Position numbers and translations under genes: made by a program. From NCBI GenBank assembly GCA_013349495.1, contig DUZK01000001.1, positions 1 through 56,521 of the forward strand: DNA of 56,521 nucleotides. The letters run 5' to 3'. Every line of letters begins with the position of its first letter. The stretch's first letter is position 1. Of the stretch, positions 12,001 to 20,000 are shown piece after piece. A model generated the notes under the pieces. The model had not been told where the DNA came from, ran no database searches, and saw nothing but the letters and a program-made list of their open reading frames with translations. Origin of the DNA: Deltaproteobacteria bacterium. GTDB taxonomy: Bacteria; Desulfobacterota; Desulfobacteria; Desulfobacterales; SURF-15.

Positions 12001-14075
12001 AAGATCCCATCCATGCGGTGATCAGGGGGGCTGCGGTGAACCATGGCGGGTCTGCGGCCTCGTTGACCGCACCGAATCCGGCAGCCCAATCGGCGCTGCT
12101 TATAAAAGCATACGCGGAAGCGGCAGTCGATCCGGACACCGTTTCCTATCTGGAGCTCCACGGAACCGGCACCGAGCTGGGGGACCCGGTGGAAATAGAC
12201 GGCATCAAACAGGCCTTTGATCAGATGTCAAGCAAGCTGAACAGACCGATCCGGCCGTCTCACCGTTGCGGACTCGGATCGGTTAAGACCAACATCGGGC
12301 ACCTCGAACCGGCGGCCGGTATCGCCGCCCTGGTTAAAGTGATACTTTCTTTAAAACATGGCAAGTTGCCGGGAATATTAAACTTTAAGTCGCTTAATCC
12401 TTTTATCGATTTGAAGGGAACGCCATTCTACGTGGTTGAAAAAACAAAGGCATGGGAGCGGCTAAAGGATGAAGCCGGCCGTGACGTTCCCCGCCGGGCC
12501 GGGGTGAGCTCTTTCGGGTTCGGCGGGACCAATGCGCATGTGGTTCTTGAAGAGTATCAAAAAGAAGAGTTCAGGGTTCAGGGTTCAGGGTTCAGGGTTG
12601 ATCAGCAACTTATCGTTTTGTCAGCAAAGAATAAGGAACGCCTCAGGGAGTATGCGGCTTCCTTTGCAAAGTTCTTAGAACTCGAAACTCGAAACTCGAA
12701 ACTCGAAAATATTGCTTATACCCTTCAGGTGGGCAGAGAAGAGATGCCTGAACGGCTGGCCATTCCAACCGACGACCTGAATGAACTGGTGGCCAAGCTG
12801 AATTTATTTGTCGACGGCCGAACGTCCATGCCCGGGGTCTATCGGGGGCGCGTCCCATCCGGTTCGGCGGTCTCGCCGGATTCCACGTTGCAGGAAATCG
12901 ACCAGGGGAAACTCACTGAACTGATTCAACAACGACGATTGGATCGATTGGCCGAAGCCTGGATTCGGGGAGCCGACATCGATTGGGAGCTTCTTAACAA
13001 AGACGCAAACCCCCGCCGCACTTCCTTGCCGACCTATCCGTTTGCAAGGGAACGGTACTGGATTCCCAACAAAAAAGCGGGAACGGCGCATGGGGCAATG
13101 CGGTACGGGGGCGAAGCCGTGACCGTGCTTCATCCTTTGATCGATACCAACGAGTCGACCTTTGAGGAACAGCGGTTTAAAAAGGTTCTGCGGAAAACAG
13201 ATTTCTTTTTGAAAGATCATGTGATCGGCGGTCGGCCGATACTGCCGGGGGTTGTTTATCTGGAGATGGCCAGGGCCGCCGGGGACCTGGCCTTTCAACG
13301 ATCGGCGGTCACCCGGATATCCAACGCGGTATGGACGACTCCCATCATGGTTTCGGATGAACCGACAGCGGTGTACATACGCCTCAAACCGGGTGGAACG
13401 CGGGTCGCCTTCGAGGTCTATTCCGATGGTGAAAGCGGGGGAAATCCGATCCATGCCCAGGGCTGGCTCTTTTATGGGCGGCCGAAGCTTCCGGATGTGG
13501 CCCCGGTCGACATCGAAACGATGATCGAGCGGCTGCCGGAAGTTCGGCATCGCGGCGAATGCTACCGGTTGTTTCAAGCCGCAGGGCTTGATTACGGGCC
13601 CGCTTTTCAAGCCATCCACACCCTCTATTCGGACGGGAAAGAGGCCTTGTCCCGCCTCGTGCTGCCCGAATCCGTGAAAGACACGCTTCAGACATTCGTC
13701 CTCCACCCCTCCCTGATGGACGGTGCATTGCAGACCGTCAGCGGGTTAATGGGCGGAGAAACGGTCGATTCCCCATATCTCCCCTTTGTAGTAAAGGAGG
13801 TGCTGTGGCTGAGACCGCTGACCCCGGATTGCTATGCCCATGCCCTTCCGGTTGAAGGCGGAGGGGAATCGGAGATCAGACAATTCGATGTCAAGATATT
13901 CGATGGGTCCGGAAAACCGCTGGTGATCATCAACGGGTTTTCCTTAAAGGCGTTTGAAAAAGGTTCGAGTAAAATATTAAAAAAAGATCAAAACATATTG
14001 CAATTATTGGAAAAATTATCTAAAAATAAAATCAGCGCGCAAGATGTGAAACAACAAATCGGATTGATGAAATAG
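3..14075 (+). CDS. AT-less (trans-AT type) modular polyketide synthase, 5' end off-window. Visible domains: [ACP tail]-KS-(pseudo-ACP)-DH-KR-ACP-KS-ACP-KS-KR-ACP-KS-DH
   Basis: Frame 3 is open from nt 3. The first codons (IRALGVYLCETHGPELKRYYHQL) look like the last helix of an upstream ACP, matching later ACP ends ..LAAFLCEAY and ..LAAYLAETY. The GTG at 111 in the ORF track is therefore not the true start. The gene has four KS (DTACSSS/DTACSGS, HGTGT, KTNIGHLE), 2 DH, 2 KR and 3 ACP. No GHSxG acyltransferase motif occurs anywhere. Every KS is followed by QLIVLSAKNEERL...YTLQVGR...LPTYPFARERYW, the linker typical of trans-AT PKS. Confidence 0.95.
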   Translation: MRALGVYLCETHGPELKRYYHQLRPESEDKASDAGPVIQTAGLHPVAEQPEAVSLPAVSEEPVAVVGAYGIFPQSEDLRAFWDHLGANRDLITEVPKDRWDWSAYHKGSADEKTYLKWGGFIAGVDRFDPLFFNISPRDAEMMDPQHRLFIQTVWKTVEDAGYSAATLSGQSVGLFVGVQHNDYVHLLASRAAAQTATGTGHAMLANRVSYFMNWHGPSEAVDTACSSSLVALHRAVRSIRSGESRLAVAGGVSLMLYPGTMIGAGELGVLSPDGRCKTFDRSANGYVKGEGVGAVLLKPLNKAVADNDHIYAVIKATAVNHGGKANSLTAPNSDAQAALLTAAYEAAGIDPDTVTYLELHGTGTELGDPVEVEGIKKAFSDLAKRTGRPIERTRFCGLGAVKTNIGHLEPASGIAGVIKVLLSMAHGKLPGTPHLKELNPYIELEDTPFYVVEKTKPWNRLEDGNRRPIPRRAGVSSFGFGGANAHVVLEEYQEPVFRVQSSEFKVKPQLIVLSAKNEERLLDYAKALLRFMDESARMPEPSEEKASREQTREALSTLVGDIFEVAAKDLDPDETFESLGLDQVGSITLADKVNERYALTVNASHFMEYSSINRLTQYIITNHASHIEYRESSIKNRVSNIEHRASSIENIAFTLQVGRDAMAHRMAMVVSGFKDLQGKLTQYIRTQKEAEDLFLGNIKTDEAKSEGLIEGKEGKAFVDSIIKERKLSKLARLWVSGTAIDWMTLYPDDKPRRVSLPTYPFAEDRFWIPEKAGGMAHGAEGKSSADRLHPLLGSNTSTLKEQQYTTLFTGEEFYLTDHVVAGRKTLPGVAYLEMARAAAEMAGEPGMNRLSNVVWIRPIGVTDAPQTVHIRLMPQGEAIGFYVVTKDDAGKDRVHAQGKISSVGSDSGPRDRLDIKAVKADSKATLNRDDCYRMFRSAGLDYGPGFRVVEKIFLTGKKALSRWVLPEAYRESRGMFVLHPAIMDGALQTVLGLMGQVASETPYLPYTIGEVKWFRPLGYQGYALAGYAGNPGSGELTFDIDLLDETGAVAVGMKDFTTRAVKQKTAAPVRIYYKAEWEASPVRSHRVEPASPILLFDTDTERRDTLSGRLNTGVILVLPGERYEQLDEKTYTICPEDRKGYHQVLSCLAEAGRLPECIVHLWSQDEFSPDKQALDRQLERGFYSIFHITQAFLDRVPAESIRLLYLFREPAHGAQPQYAAMAGFVKTLRLEHPKLACRTIGVAESMSMTEAVITEIRGDGGMDIRYRDNLRWERRLETFDLLADSDGGVGLKENGVYLLTGGAGGLGLIFADFLARKTKARLVLTGRSELDRTQTQRIQALNDAGARVIYIPTDIAHTEAVVRLKDRIKARFGEINGILHAAGLTRDATIVKKNPDEMAPILAPKVFGTVCLDEVFQSEPIDFFMMFSSVAAMIGNPGQCDYAFANSFMDHFVTRREALRKAGKRYGKTLSINWPLWRDGGMGVDRQTETFLKETLGMVLLDSSEGWEAFEQGLASGSTRFMLIKGQRPKLERWMAYKPDASSSVQGESDAPGLREAAGRALRSIVSEILKMDFNAIDADEEISTYGFDSISFTELANRINGSLGLEVTPALFFEYTTLESLAAFLCEAYADSLAAHFQGRRSKSPSIEIKKSPSQSRFRIPEPVPDAPRTAGEMPIAVIGMSAVMPGSENPEKFWQHLTAGDDLINEVPADRWDWKSLYGDPATEPNKTRAKWGGFIADVDRFDPLFFGISPKEAELMDPQQRLFLETVWKTIEDAGYRAADVAGTDTGLFVGVAANDYAELLGRCASEIEAHTSTGMSHSMLPNRISYLLDLHGPSEPIDTACSSSLVAIHRAVEAIRSGTCEMAIAGGVNVILTPTATISFDKAGMLSPDGRCKTFDKRADGYVRGEGVGAVMLKPMDRAVADGDWIYAVIRGTAVNHGGKANSLTAPNPKAQTSLIVKAYERAKIPAHTVGYIEAHGTGTSLGDPIEINALKNAFSALYEREKKPIPEAPCCGLGSVKTNIGHLETAAGIAGVIKVLLALKHRKLPPNIHFEELNPYIELVGSPFFIVTENRDWEPPVDENGNRLPRRAGISSFGFGGANAHVVLEEYQEPEVRGEGSEGRGHSAESIGQGGNKRETLEESQRESSIASQLIVLSAKNEERLREYAKRMADFLEIQHSKLKIKNLSIADIAYTLQTGREPFERRLAIVATDLKDAESKLKQFAQGSDAVEGLFLGHTKSSGIHTDLLTKGAAGEAFLQLSIEKKEFHNLGQLWVSGIDIDWNRLHENLAPRRIPLPTYPFARERYWLPVAKGAPAAPPPVVSAPRKNDPNSAPVGIFFRRFGQGAADIPLEKRVEAGIQEIAAEIVKLDAGRLDPEESLGLFGFDSITLKQLSNKIGRLVEVELPPSIFFAHGTIRGLSRYLVDTFGNKIRSIYGDGGDLTPVIPGTEDGVEPVDTKAASINDATPPVMPDIRIPEAGRYHEQDFPVAIIGAHGLFPESQNLTEFWNHLEAADHLIGEVPKDRWNWQDFSIDPETGKERPYVKWGGFIKDVDKFDPAFFKISPREAEMMDPQHRLFTEVVWKTIEDAGYDATALSDRFIGIFAGLQFNDYQQMLVRQSRGDAQISTGTANSMLTNRISFLMNWHGPSESIDTACSGSLVAVHRAVKSIQTGECEMAVAGGVSLMLSPASMIGAGSLGVLSPKGRCKALDKDADGYVKGEGVGAVFLKPLDRAIADHDHIYAIIRGSAVNHGGKATSLTAPSSEAQAALLYAAYRNAGIEADTVTFLELHGTGTELGDPVEIDGIKKAFAHLLNGKTPVSETDPFCGIGSVKTNIGHLEPAAGIAGLFKLMLAMAHGKLPATLHLKELNPLIKLEQTPFYVVDQTRAWKRLTDTHGNPIPRRAGVSAFGFGGTNAHIILEEYEQNEVRGQGAEVRDEPQLIVLSAKNEERLRKYAEDMVEFIDRQKSKTRHTDGGQVENRKPATHTAGKSSIEDIAYTLQAGRQPMAERLALVASTLEELALKLKRFAQGHDTVDELHRGTVRVGQSRASLMVDDKEGESYILSLMKGWKLGKLAKMWVNGVDFDWDLLHPDRHPFRVSLPTYPFARERYWLPQVSDDKRYQTVETPMPETESIPGAAPGSLCFEPDWKLSAIDIESESKSPGGPLLILGAGEADRDLLTGRLSGDMVLVVSGSRFRKIDPQTYEIDPADTADYERLFQALQQKHGVPKTVVHLWALDSKVGKIDADMETQLQRGVYSVFLLLKAIANSQSDPDTRIFFFGPDEPVNPFFEAVSGYGRSIRFAMPKVNFTTVQVSEAGKDLADIICAEMTRESGEEFPEVRYRKGQRYIRSFRPIALGTEGTGVGIRHKGVYLITGGAGGLGMILARYLKETYRAVPILTGRSPLAGEKHARLEEIFGPETEGIYFQADISNREQMIGVIETVRKRFGPLNGVIHAAGVSSIAPIHMKDAAEFAATVKPKIHGTLVLDSVTREEPLDFFMLFSSTSALLGDFGQGDYAVANRFLDGFARYRETLKAQGARRGRTLSINWPLWRDGGLHMNPEMETFYFQTSGMTFLETETGLTFFERVLKSEACQAGVISGDLDRISRFLGMDRMERAPDEAMDVENVGTGNLVSDLRQIAARVLKTDAEKLDADESLADFGFDSIMLKLLADDLNAVYGIEVSPSLFFAHPTINRLAAYLAETYGGLVKHPEPKPMKAARPVWKVEDEADFSATAGDTTDLSHEPIAVVGMHGVFPGSRNLSEFWKHLENGINLVSEIPKDRWDWRDYFGDPTLDPGKTDSKWGGFITDMDKFDPRFFKISPREAEMMDPQHRLFIETVWKAVEDAGIRASSLSGAIVGVFAGLQFKDYEQLMAKGNQSNAYSGTGIAMAMLANRVSYLMNWHGPSETIDTACSSSLVAVNRAVKSLRNRECDMAVAGGVSLLLSPLTLIGASQLGVLSPDGRCRTLDKRANGYVKGEGVGAVLLKPLSRAMADEDPIHAVIRGAAVNHGGSAASLTAPNPAAQSALLIKAYAEAAVDPDTVSYLELHGTGTELGDPVEIDGIKQAFDQMSSKLNRPIRPSHRCGLGSVKTNIGHLEPAAGIAALVKVILSLKHGKLPGILNFKSLNPFIDLKGTPFYVVEKTKAWERLKDEAGRDVPRRAGVSSFGFGGTNAHVVLEEYQKEEFRVQGSGFRVDQQLIVLSAKNKERLREYAASFAKFLELETRNSKLENIAYTLQVGREEMPERLAIPTDDLNELVAKLNLFVDGRTSMPGVYRGRVPSGSAVSPDSTLQEIDQGKLTELIQQRRLDRLAEAWIRGADIDWELLNKDANPRRTSLPTYPFARERYWIPNKKAGTAHGAMRYGGEAVTVLHPLIDTNESTFEEQRFKKVLRKTDFFLKDHVIGGRPILPGVVYLEMARAAGDLAFQRSAVTRISNAVWTTPIMVSDEPTAVYIRLKPGGTRVAFEVYSDGESGGNPIHAQGWLFYGRPKLPDVAPVDIETMIERLPEVRHRGECYRLFQAAGLDYGPAFQAIHTLYSDGKEALSRLVLPESVKDTLQTFVLHPSLMDGALQTVSGLMGGETVDSPYLPFVVKEVLWLRPLTPDCYAHALPVEGGGESEIRQFDVKIFDGSGKPLVIINGFSLKAFEKGSSKILKKDQNILQLLEKLSKNKISAQDVKQQIGLMK
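189..1481 (+). other. KS1 ketosynthase domain
   Basis: VAVVGAYGIFP...DTACSSS (Cys codon 678-680)...ELHGTGTELGDP...KTNIGHLEPASG...NAHVVLEEY. Confidence 0.9.
1493..1527. repeat. Post-KS1 heptanucleotide tandem repeat
   Basis: GTTCAGG GTTCAGA GTTCAGA GTTCAAG GTTAAAC, between EEYQEP and QLIVLSAKNEERL. Confidence 0.9.
1659..1868 (+). other. Carrier-protein-like insert (pseudo-ACP) inside the KS1 flanking linker, lacking the phosphopantetheine Ser
   Basis: REALSTLVGDIFEVAAKDLDPDETFESLGLDQVGSITLADKVNERYALTVNASHFMEYSSINRLTQYI has the ACP helix pattern. It sits between SAKNEERL and FTLQVGR. The GxDS Ser position is Gln (caa 1752-1754). Confidence 0.7.
1876..1952. repeat. Second-linker heptanucleotide repeat, KS1 linker (11 units NATCGAG)
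   Basis: CATCGCA CATCGAG TATCGAG AATCGAG TATCAAG AATCGAG TATCAAA TATCGAG CATCGAG CATCCAG TATCGAG, just before IAFTLQVGR. Confidence 0.9.
2370..3190 (+). other. DH1 dehydratase domain
   Basis: HPLLGSNTS, LTDHVVAGRKTLPG (HxxxGxxxxP), GLDYGPGF, HPAIMDGALQ. Confidence 0.85.
3210..4455 (+). other. KR1 ketoreductase domain (B-type signature)
   Basis: Structural half, then GVYLLTGGAGGLG (nt 3888-3926), HAAGLTRDA (Asp at the LDD position), YAFANSF, INWPLWRDGG. Confidence 0.85.
4680..4895 (+). other. ACP1
   Basis: STYGFDSISFTELANRI; Ser codon 4773-4775. Confidence 0.9.
5031..6341 (+). other. KS2 ketosynthase domain
   Basis: IAVIGMSAVMPGSE...DTACSSS (Cys 5538-5540)...EAHGTGTSLGDP...KTNIGHLETAAG. 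Confidence 0.9.
6353..6415. repeat. Post-KS2 heptanucleotide tandem repeat (9 degenerate units)
   Basis: GGTCAGG GGTGAGG GGTCAGA GGGCAGA GGGCATA GTGCAGA GAGCATA GGGCAAG GGGGAAA. Confidence 0.85.
6551..6571. repeat. Second-linker heptanucleotide repeat, KS2 linker (pure A/T)
   Basis: AAAACTA AAAATTA AAAATTT inside a gene of about 60% GC, just before SIADIAYTLQ. Confidence 0.7.
7070..7295 (+). other. ACP2 (directly after the KS2 linker; minimal KS-ACP module)
   Basis: LGLFGFDSITLKQLSNKI; Ser codon 7173-7175. No DH/KR lies between LPTYPFARERYW (6901-6942) and this ACP. Confidence 0.9.
7475..8780 (+). other. KS3 ketosynthase domain
   Basis: VAIIGAHGLFP...DTACSGS (Cys 7977-7979)...ELHGTGTELGDP...KTNIGHLEPAAG. 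Confidence 0.9.
8792..8819. repeat. Post-KS3 heptanucleotide tandem repeat
   Basis: GGTCAGA GGTCAGG GGGCAGA GGTCAGG. Confidence 0.9.
8911..8986. repeat. Tandem 38-nt direct repeat, KS3 linker
   Basis: 8911-8948 and 8949-8986 are 35/38 identical (AATCGAAAACCCGCCACAC..ACGGCGG.CAAGTCGAG). Each copy contains a CCGCC/GGCGG inverted repeat. The two copies are read in different frames. Confidence 0.95.
9440..10690 (+). other. KR2 ketoreductase domain (A-type-like, no LDD Asp)
   Basis: GVYLITGGAGGLG (about 10126-10165), HAAGVSSIAP, YAVANRF, INWPLWRDGG. Confidence 0.85.
10910..11130 (+). other. ACP3
   Basis: LADFGFDSIMLKLLADDL; Ser codon 11007-11009. Confidence 0.9.
11250..12558 (+). other. KS4 ketosynthase domain
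   Basis: IAVVGMHGVFP...DTACSSS (Cys 11754-11756)...ELHGTGTELGDP...KTNIGHLEPAAG. Confidence 0.9.
12569..12596. repeat. Post-KS4 heptanucleotide tandem repeat (4 perfect units)
   Basis: GTTCAGG x4, followed by a degenerate GTTGATC. Confidence 0.95.
12679..12706. repeat. Second-linker heptanucleotide repeat, KS4 linker (4 perfect units)
   Basis: AACTCGA x4, encoding ELETRNSKLEN, just before IAYTLQVGR. Confidence 0.95.
13131..13960 (+). other. DH2 dehydratase domain (last catalytic domain of the first PKS protein)
   Basis: HPLIDTNES, LKDHVIGGRPILPG, GLDYGPAF, HPSLMDGALQ. Confidence 0.85.
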
Positions 14076-14079
14076 GGCC

Positions 14080-17000
14080 ATGAAAACGGAAGCATTAACT
14101 CAAAATCAGATTATCGACATGGTGGAGCGCCGTCAAATCGCTCCCAAAGAGGGCCTTAAACTGCTCAAGCGATTGCAGGTAAATGGGGGGCGGGCGCTGT
14201 CGGATTCATCAGACCTATTTTTTTGCCGGCCGGTATGGAAGGAGATGGCTGATGGCTTTTCATCGGCGATGCGGCGGGTTTCCGGAGACATCCTGGTCAT
14301 TTATGAAAACGAGGCCGTTGACAAAATCCTAGAGGATCGGTTGGGGTCGGATGATTTTGGGCAAGCGCGATTTATTTTTACAAAGACCGGAACCCGCTTC
14401 GAGGCAAAGGGCCCCGGCCGCTTCACGATTCGTCCCGATCACCCGGATGACTACAATCGATTGCTTCAAGCACTCAACAAGGATTCCGGACCGCCCCGGA
14501 CCATTCTCCACCTCCTGTCCAACGATCCGTATACCGGGGAAGAAAACAGCTTGAAGGCTCAGATCGGTGCGGGTCTCTATTCCCTGTTTTTTCTGACTCG
14601 CGCGCTGCTCGCGTTAAAACCGACCGATAGGGTCCAGATTATATATTTTTATCAGGAACCTTCGGGCCGATCCCAACCCCAATATGCGGGGTGCAGCGGT
14701 TTTGCAAGAACCCTTGGGCTGGAAAGCAGGACGGTTGCCATAAAAACCGTTTCGATTCCGGATATTCAAAAAATTGCTGCCCTCTCGATTCCCAGAATTC
14801 TCGCGGTGGAAGATGTGGAGATTCGATTTCGCGGGGACCGATATCTGGTTCGAGCGCTTGAGGAATCGATACCGGACGACGCATCGGATCCCATCGGTCC
14901 GTTAAAGGAAAACGGCGTATATCTGCTGACCGGCGGGGCCGGCGGATTGGGGTTTGTTTTTGCGGAGCACCTGGCCAAACAGGTGAAGGCGAAATTGATA
15001 CTCACCGGGCGATCCCCTCTCGGTGATGAAAAAGCTTTGAAAATAGAAGCCTTGAGGGGTTTGGGTTCGGAAGTGATCTACATTCAGGCGGATGTATCCA
15101 GACAAGAGGCGGCCCACGCCCTCATCGCCCAGGCACGCTCCCGGTTCAACCGCATAAACGGCGTCATTCATTGCGCGGGGATCGTGAGGGACAATCTCAT
15201 TATCAACAAGCCGGTTGACGACCTGTCCGCCGTGATAGCCGCAAAGGTGTTCGGAACCCTTCACATGGATGCGGCCACCAAAGACGAACCGCTCGATTTT
15301 TTCGTTCTCTTCTCCTCTGTTTCGGCCGTTACCGGAAACATGGGACAGGCCGACTACGCCTATGCCAACAGCTTCATGGATCATTTTGTTTCCGTTCGGG
15401 AGCAGTCGAGACGCGAATCGAGACGGACGGGAAAAACCATATCCATCAACTGGCCCTTGTGGCGGGAAGGCGGCATGCGGGTGGATGCCCAAACCGAGAT
15501 ATTCCTCGCCCAGACTGCCGGCATGAAGCCGCTCAATCGGATGTCGGGCCTAAACGCCTTTTCTTTGTGCCTCGCTTCAAGCCACAATCGGTGGATGGTG
15601 GCGGCGGGAAACCGCGGACAGATCAGGCGGGCACTGATAGGTAAACCGGATCATGCCGGGCTCAACCGCCCGGATGCCGGTGTCCGTAAAAGAGACTTTC
15701 TTTCTGCCCTCGGCAACGATGTCCTCTCCATCGCTTCCGATATTTTAAAAATCGACACCCAGGATATCGACTGGAATGAGGATATTGGCGAATACGGGTT
15801 CGATTCCATCAGTTTTACGGAATTTGCCAATCGAATCAATCGGCAATTCCGTCTGGATATCACCCCTGCCGTATTTTTCGAGCTGCCCTCAATCGGCGCG
15901 TTCACCGAATTCCTTGCCGGAAATTACACCGATCAGTTATCCGATTACTATCGAGCCGATTCGACGGTATTGACGGCGCCCGAGCCGAAACGACCGGCGG
16001 TGGAAGGGGGTGAAAATCTCGAACCGTTTATTGCCGACCGGTTTCAGCTTCCGGCCGTCGAACCGGTCCACGCGGGAGCAGAAGACCGGTCCATTGCCGT
16101 CATCGGCATGAGCGGTGCCATGCCCGGATCCGAAGATCCGGAAGCCTTCTGGAAACACCTGGTCGCCGGAGACGACCTGATCACCGAAGTTCCGAAAGAC
16201 CGATGGGACTGGCGGCGCTTTGAACTCGATTCGACCGTCGACACCGATCAAATCAAGTGGGGCGGGTTCATGCCGGATGTGGACAAGTTCGATTGCCTCT
16301 TTTTCGGCATTTCTCCAAGGGAGGCGGAGTTGATGGATCCCCAGCAACGGCTCTTTATGGAAACCGTGTGGAAAACCATCGAAGACGCCGGGTACGCTCC
16401 CTCGAGCCTGTCGGGCACCCGAACCGGCCTGTTTGTCGGGGTGGCCACCAGCGACTACGTGGAACTCGTCCGGGATCGTGCCGCCGAAATCGAAGCCCAT
16501 GCCGCCACCGGCATGTCCCACTGCATTCTGGCCAACCGGATTTCATACCTGCTCGACATTCACGGACCCAGCGAACCCATCGATACCGCTTGCTCCAGTT
16601 CACTGGTAGCGATCCACCGGGCCGTGGAGGCCATCCGCAGCGGCAGCTGCGACGCGGCCATCGCCGGGGGGGTGAATGTGATCCTCGCACCGTCCCTTAC
16701 CATCGCCTTCGGCAAGGCCGGCATGTTGAGCCCCGACGGACGCTGCAAAACCTTTGACGCCCGTGCCGACGGATACGTCCGGGGAGAGGGGGCCGGTGCG
16801 GTGTTGTTGAAACCGCTGAGCCGGGCCGTTGCTGACGGTGATCACATCTATGCCGTTATCCGGGGCACGGCCGAAAACCACGGAGGGCGGGCAAAATCCC
16901 TGACAGCCCCCAACCCCAACGCCCAGGCGGATCTCCTGGTGGATGCCTACGAGAACGCCGGCGTGGCGCCGGACAGCGTCACCTACATCGAAGCCCACGG

Positions 17001-20000
17001 CACCGGTACCCGGCTGGGGGATCCTATTGAAATCAACGGGCTGAAGAAGGCCTTTGAAGCGCTTTGCAAAAAACAGGGGAGGACCCTGTCGTCGGAATCC
17101 GTCTGCGGCATCGGATCGGTGAAGACCAATATCGGTCATCTGGAAACGGCCGCCGGTATCGCCAGTGTCATAAAAGTGCTGCTGGCCCTGAAACACCGGA
17201 AACTCCCTGCCAGCATCCATTTCAGAGAGCGGAACCCCTACATCGACCTGACAGGAAGCCCCTTTTATATCGTCTCCGAGACCCGTGATTGGGAGCCGCT
17301 CAAGGATGCGGCCGGCGGGTGGCTCCCCCGGCGGGCCGGTGTGAGCTCCTTCGGATACGGCGGTTCCAACGCGCACATCGTTTTAGAAGAATATCAGGAA
17401 GAAGCGTTCAGTGTTCAGCGTTCAGGGTTCAGCGTTGAGCCACAGCTCATCGTCTTATCGGCCAAGAATGAAGACCGTCTCAAAGAATATGCTGAAAGAA
17501 TGGTTAAATTTCTGGATTCAACTTTGAACTCAGAACATTTAACTCTGAACCTAACCGATTTTGCATATACCCTCCAGGTTGGCCGAGAAGCCATGGAAGA
17601 GAGACTGGCGCTTGTGGTATCCGATGTTGAAGAACTTCAAGCGGAACTCGAAAAATATGCCAGAGGGGATTCTGATACAAGCAAACTCATGCGTGGAAAC
17701 GCAAGGACATTGAGGGGAACATCCGAGCAATTGGTTGAAGGCAGAGCCGGTGCAGCATTTGTTCGTATATTAATGGAAGACAGGGAATTGGGCAAACTCG
17801 GTCAACTCTGGAATTCAGGATTCGATATCGACTGGACATTATTATATCCGCAAAAACCGCCCCAGCGCATATCTCTCCCTACATATCCTTTCGCAAAGGA
17901 GCGGCATTGGCTGCCGAAGATGGTAGAGAGCCCCAGTGAAATGGGGTCTGGATTTCACGGGGTAAACATAGAGCAGAGGGCAAAGGGGTTTGGATATGAG
18001 GGAAAATTTCATCCTTTGCTTGATGCAAACATATCAACGCTGAAAGAACAACGGTTTACCACACAATTCACCGGCAAAGAGTTTTTTCTTGCCGATCATG
18101 TTCTTGCTGGGCAGAAGACTCTACCCGGTGTCGCCTATCTTGAGATGGCACTGGCTTCCGGAATGGCGGCTGCTGAGGAAGAAACCCGCAAACTTATTAA
18201 TATTGTTTGGGCGAGTCCCATTACCGTGCCGGATAAGCCCCAGAACGTTTTTATCAGTCTATATCCGGAGACTGCGGATGATAAAGTAGGGTTTGAGGTT
18301 ACCACCTTAAAAGAAGAAGGGCAGCGGCAGGTACATGCTCAAGGAAAACTGATCTTTGAAAGCCGATCATCCATTGTTGATGAAGTGATAGATATTGATT
18401 CTATTCAAACGCGTTGTACGGAGAGAGTCAGTGGTCCGGTGTGCTATCAGGCATTCCAATCTTCCGGCCTCCATTACGGTCCCGCTTTCCAGACGATCCA
18501 GGAGTTATTCCGAAGCGATAACGAAGCCTTATCGCTTCTTGTATTACCGGAAGAACTCGGGGGGAGTTTTCGTAACTTCTGTCTTCATCCCTCATTAATG
18601 GATGGCGCCCTACAAACGGTGGGGGCATTGATGAGCAGTAGCACCATAGGAACCCCGCATGTTCCATTTGCTTTAGGTGAAGTGATATGGATAAGACCTT
18701 TAACCGAAAAGTGCTATGCCCACGTCACCTCGGCAGAATATTCCGTGGATCCGAACCTGAAAAAATTTGACATTGATATAACGAATGAAGATGGACAAGT
18801 GCTGGTCCGCATGAAAGATCTTTCCATTCGAGCACTTGGACCATCCGAGGATAAGTACGAAACAATGTATTTCTCCGGCCAATGGGAATCATCACCATCG
18901 AATACCCCGCCTGCAACACAGTTTCTCTACGGTAACCTATTGTTGTTGGATACCGATGAAACTCGACAGAATGCGCTTTGCGAACAGTTGAAAACGGATG
19001 TCCTCCTGGTGAAGCCGGGAAAAAGTTTTCGAATGATCAACCCGAACACTTTTTCAATTCATCCGGGCAATCCTGATGATTATCGAAGGTTAATGAAAGC
19101 CCTGAAAAAAAATGATCGACTGCCTGAACACATCGTTCACCTGTGGTCGCAAGAGAATTTTACAGATGATGCAGGGGTACTGAATACCCAGATTGAAAGG
19201 AGTTTCTACTCTATCCTCCACCTCAGTCAAGCCCTGTTAGAATTTAAGTCCCGTGACAAGATTCAACTTCTATACATATACCCGGAACCACCGGAAGACC
19301 CCCAACCTCATTATGCAGCAATAGCCGGATTTGCCAAAACAATTCGATTGGAGATTCCGCGGTTTCAATACAAAACCATAGCCTTACCTGATTTCTCCCA
19401 TGTGGCAGATGTCGTTTCAGCTGAATTTCAAACCGATGAAGGTGTGGAGATTCGCTATCAGGATGGTCGAAGACAAATGAGACATCTGATTGAATATAAA
19501 CCGATTCCGGATGATGTTTCTCCTGAATCACTGTTGAGAGAAAACGGGGTATATATACTGACAGGCGGTACCGGTGGATTGGGACTGATCTTTGCGGAAT
19601 ACATTGCCAGACAAGTTAAAACTAAGTTGGTGCTAACAGGCCGTAGCCCTTTAAACGAGGAAAAATCCGCTAAAATTCAGATCCTAAACGATCTCGGCGC
19701 AGAAGCCGTATATATACAAGCGGACATCTCCAATCTTGAAGATGTCAAGGGGCTCATCGCCCATGTGAAATCACGATTTAACGATATCAGGGGGATTATT
19801 CACTGTGCCGGGGTTATTCGTGATGCCAGTATCGCCAAGAAAACTCCAGAAGAGGCGGCATCCGTGTTGGCACCAAAAGTATACGGCACGCTGCATCTGG
19901 ACAAGGAAACAGGATCAGAACCTCTGGATTTTTTCGTGTTGTTTTCATCCACTACTGCTGTTCTGGGAAATGCAGGGCAATCTGATTATGCTTATGCAAA

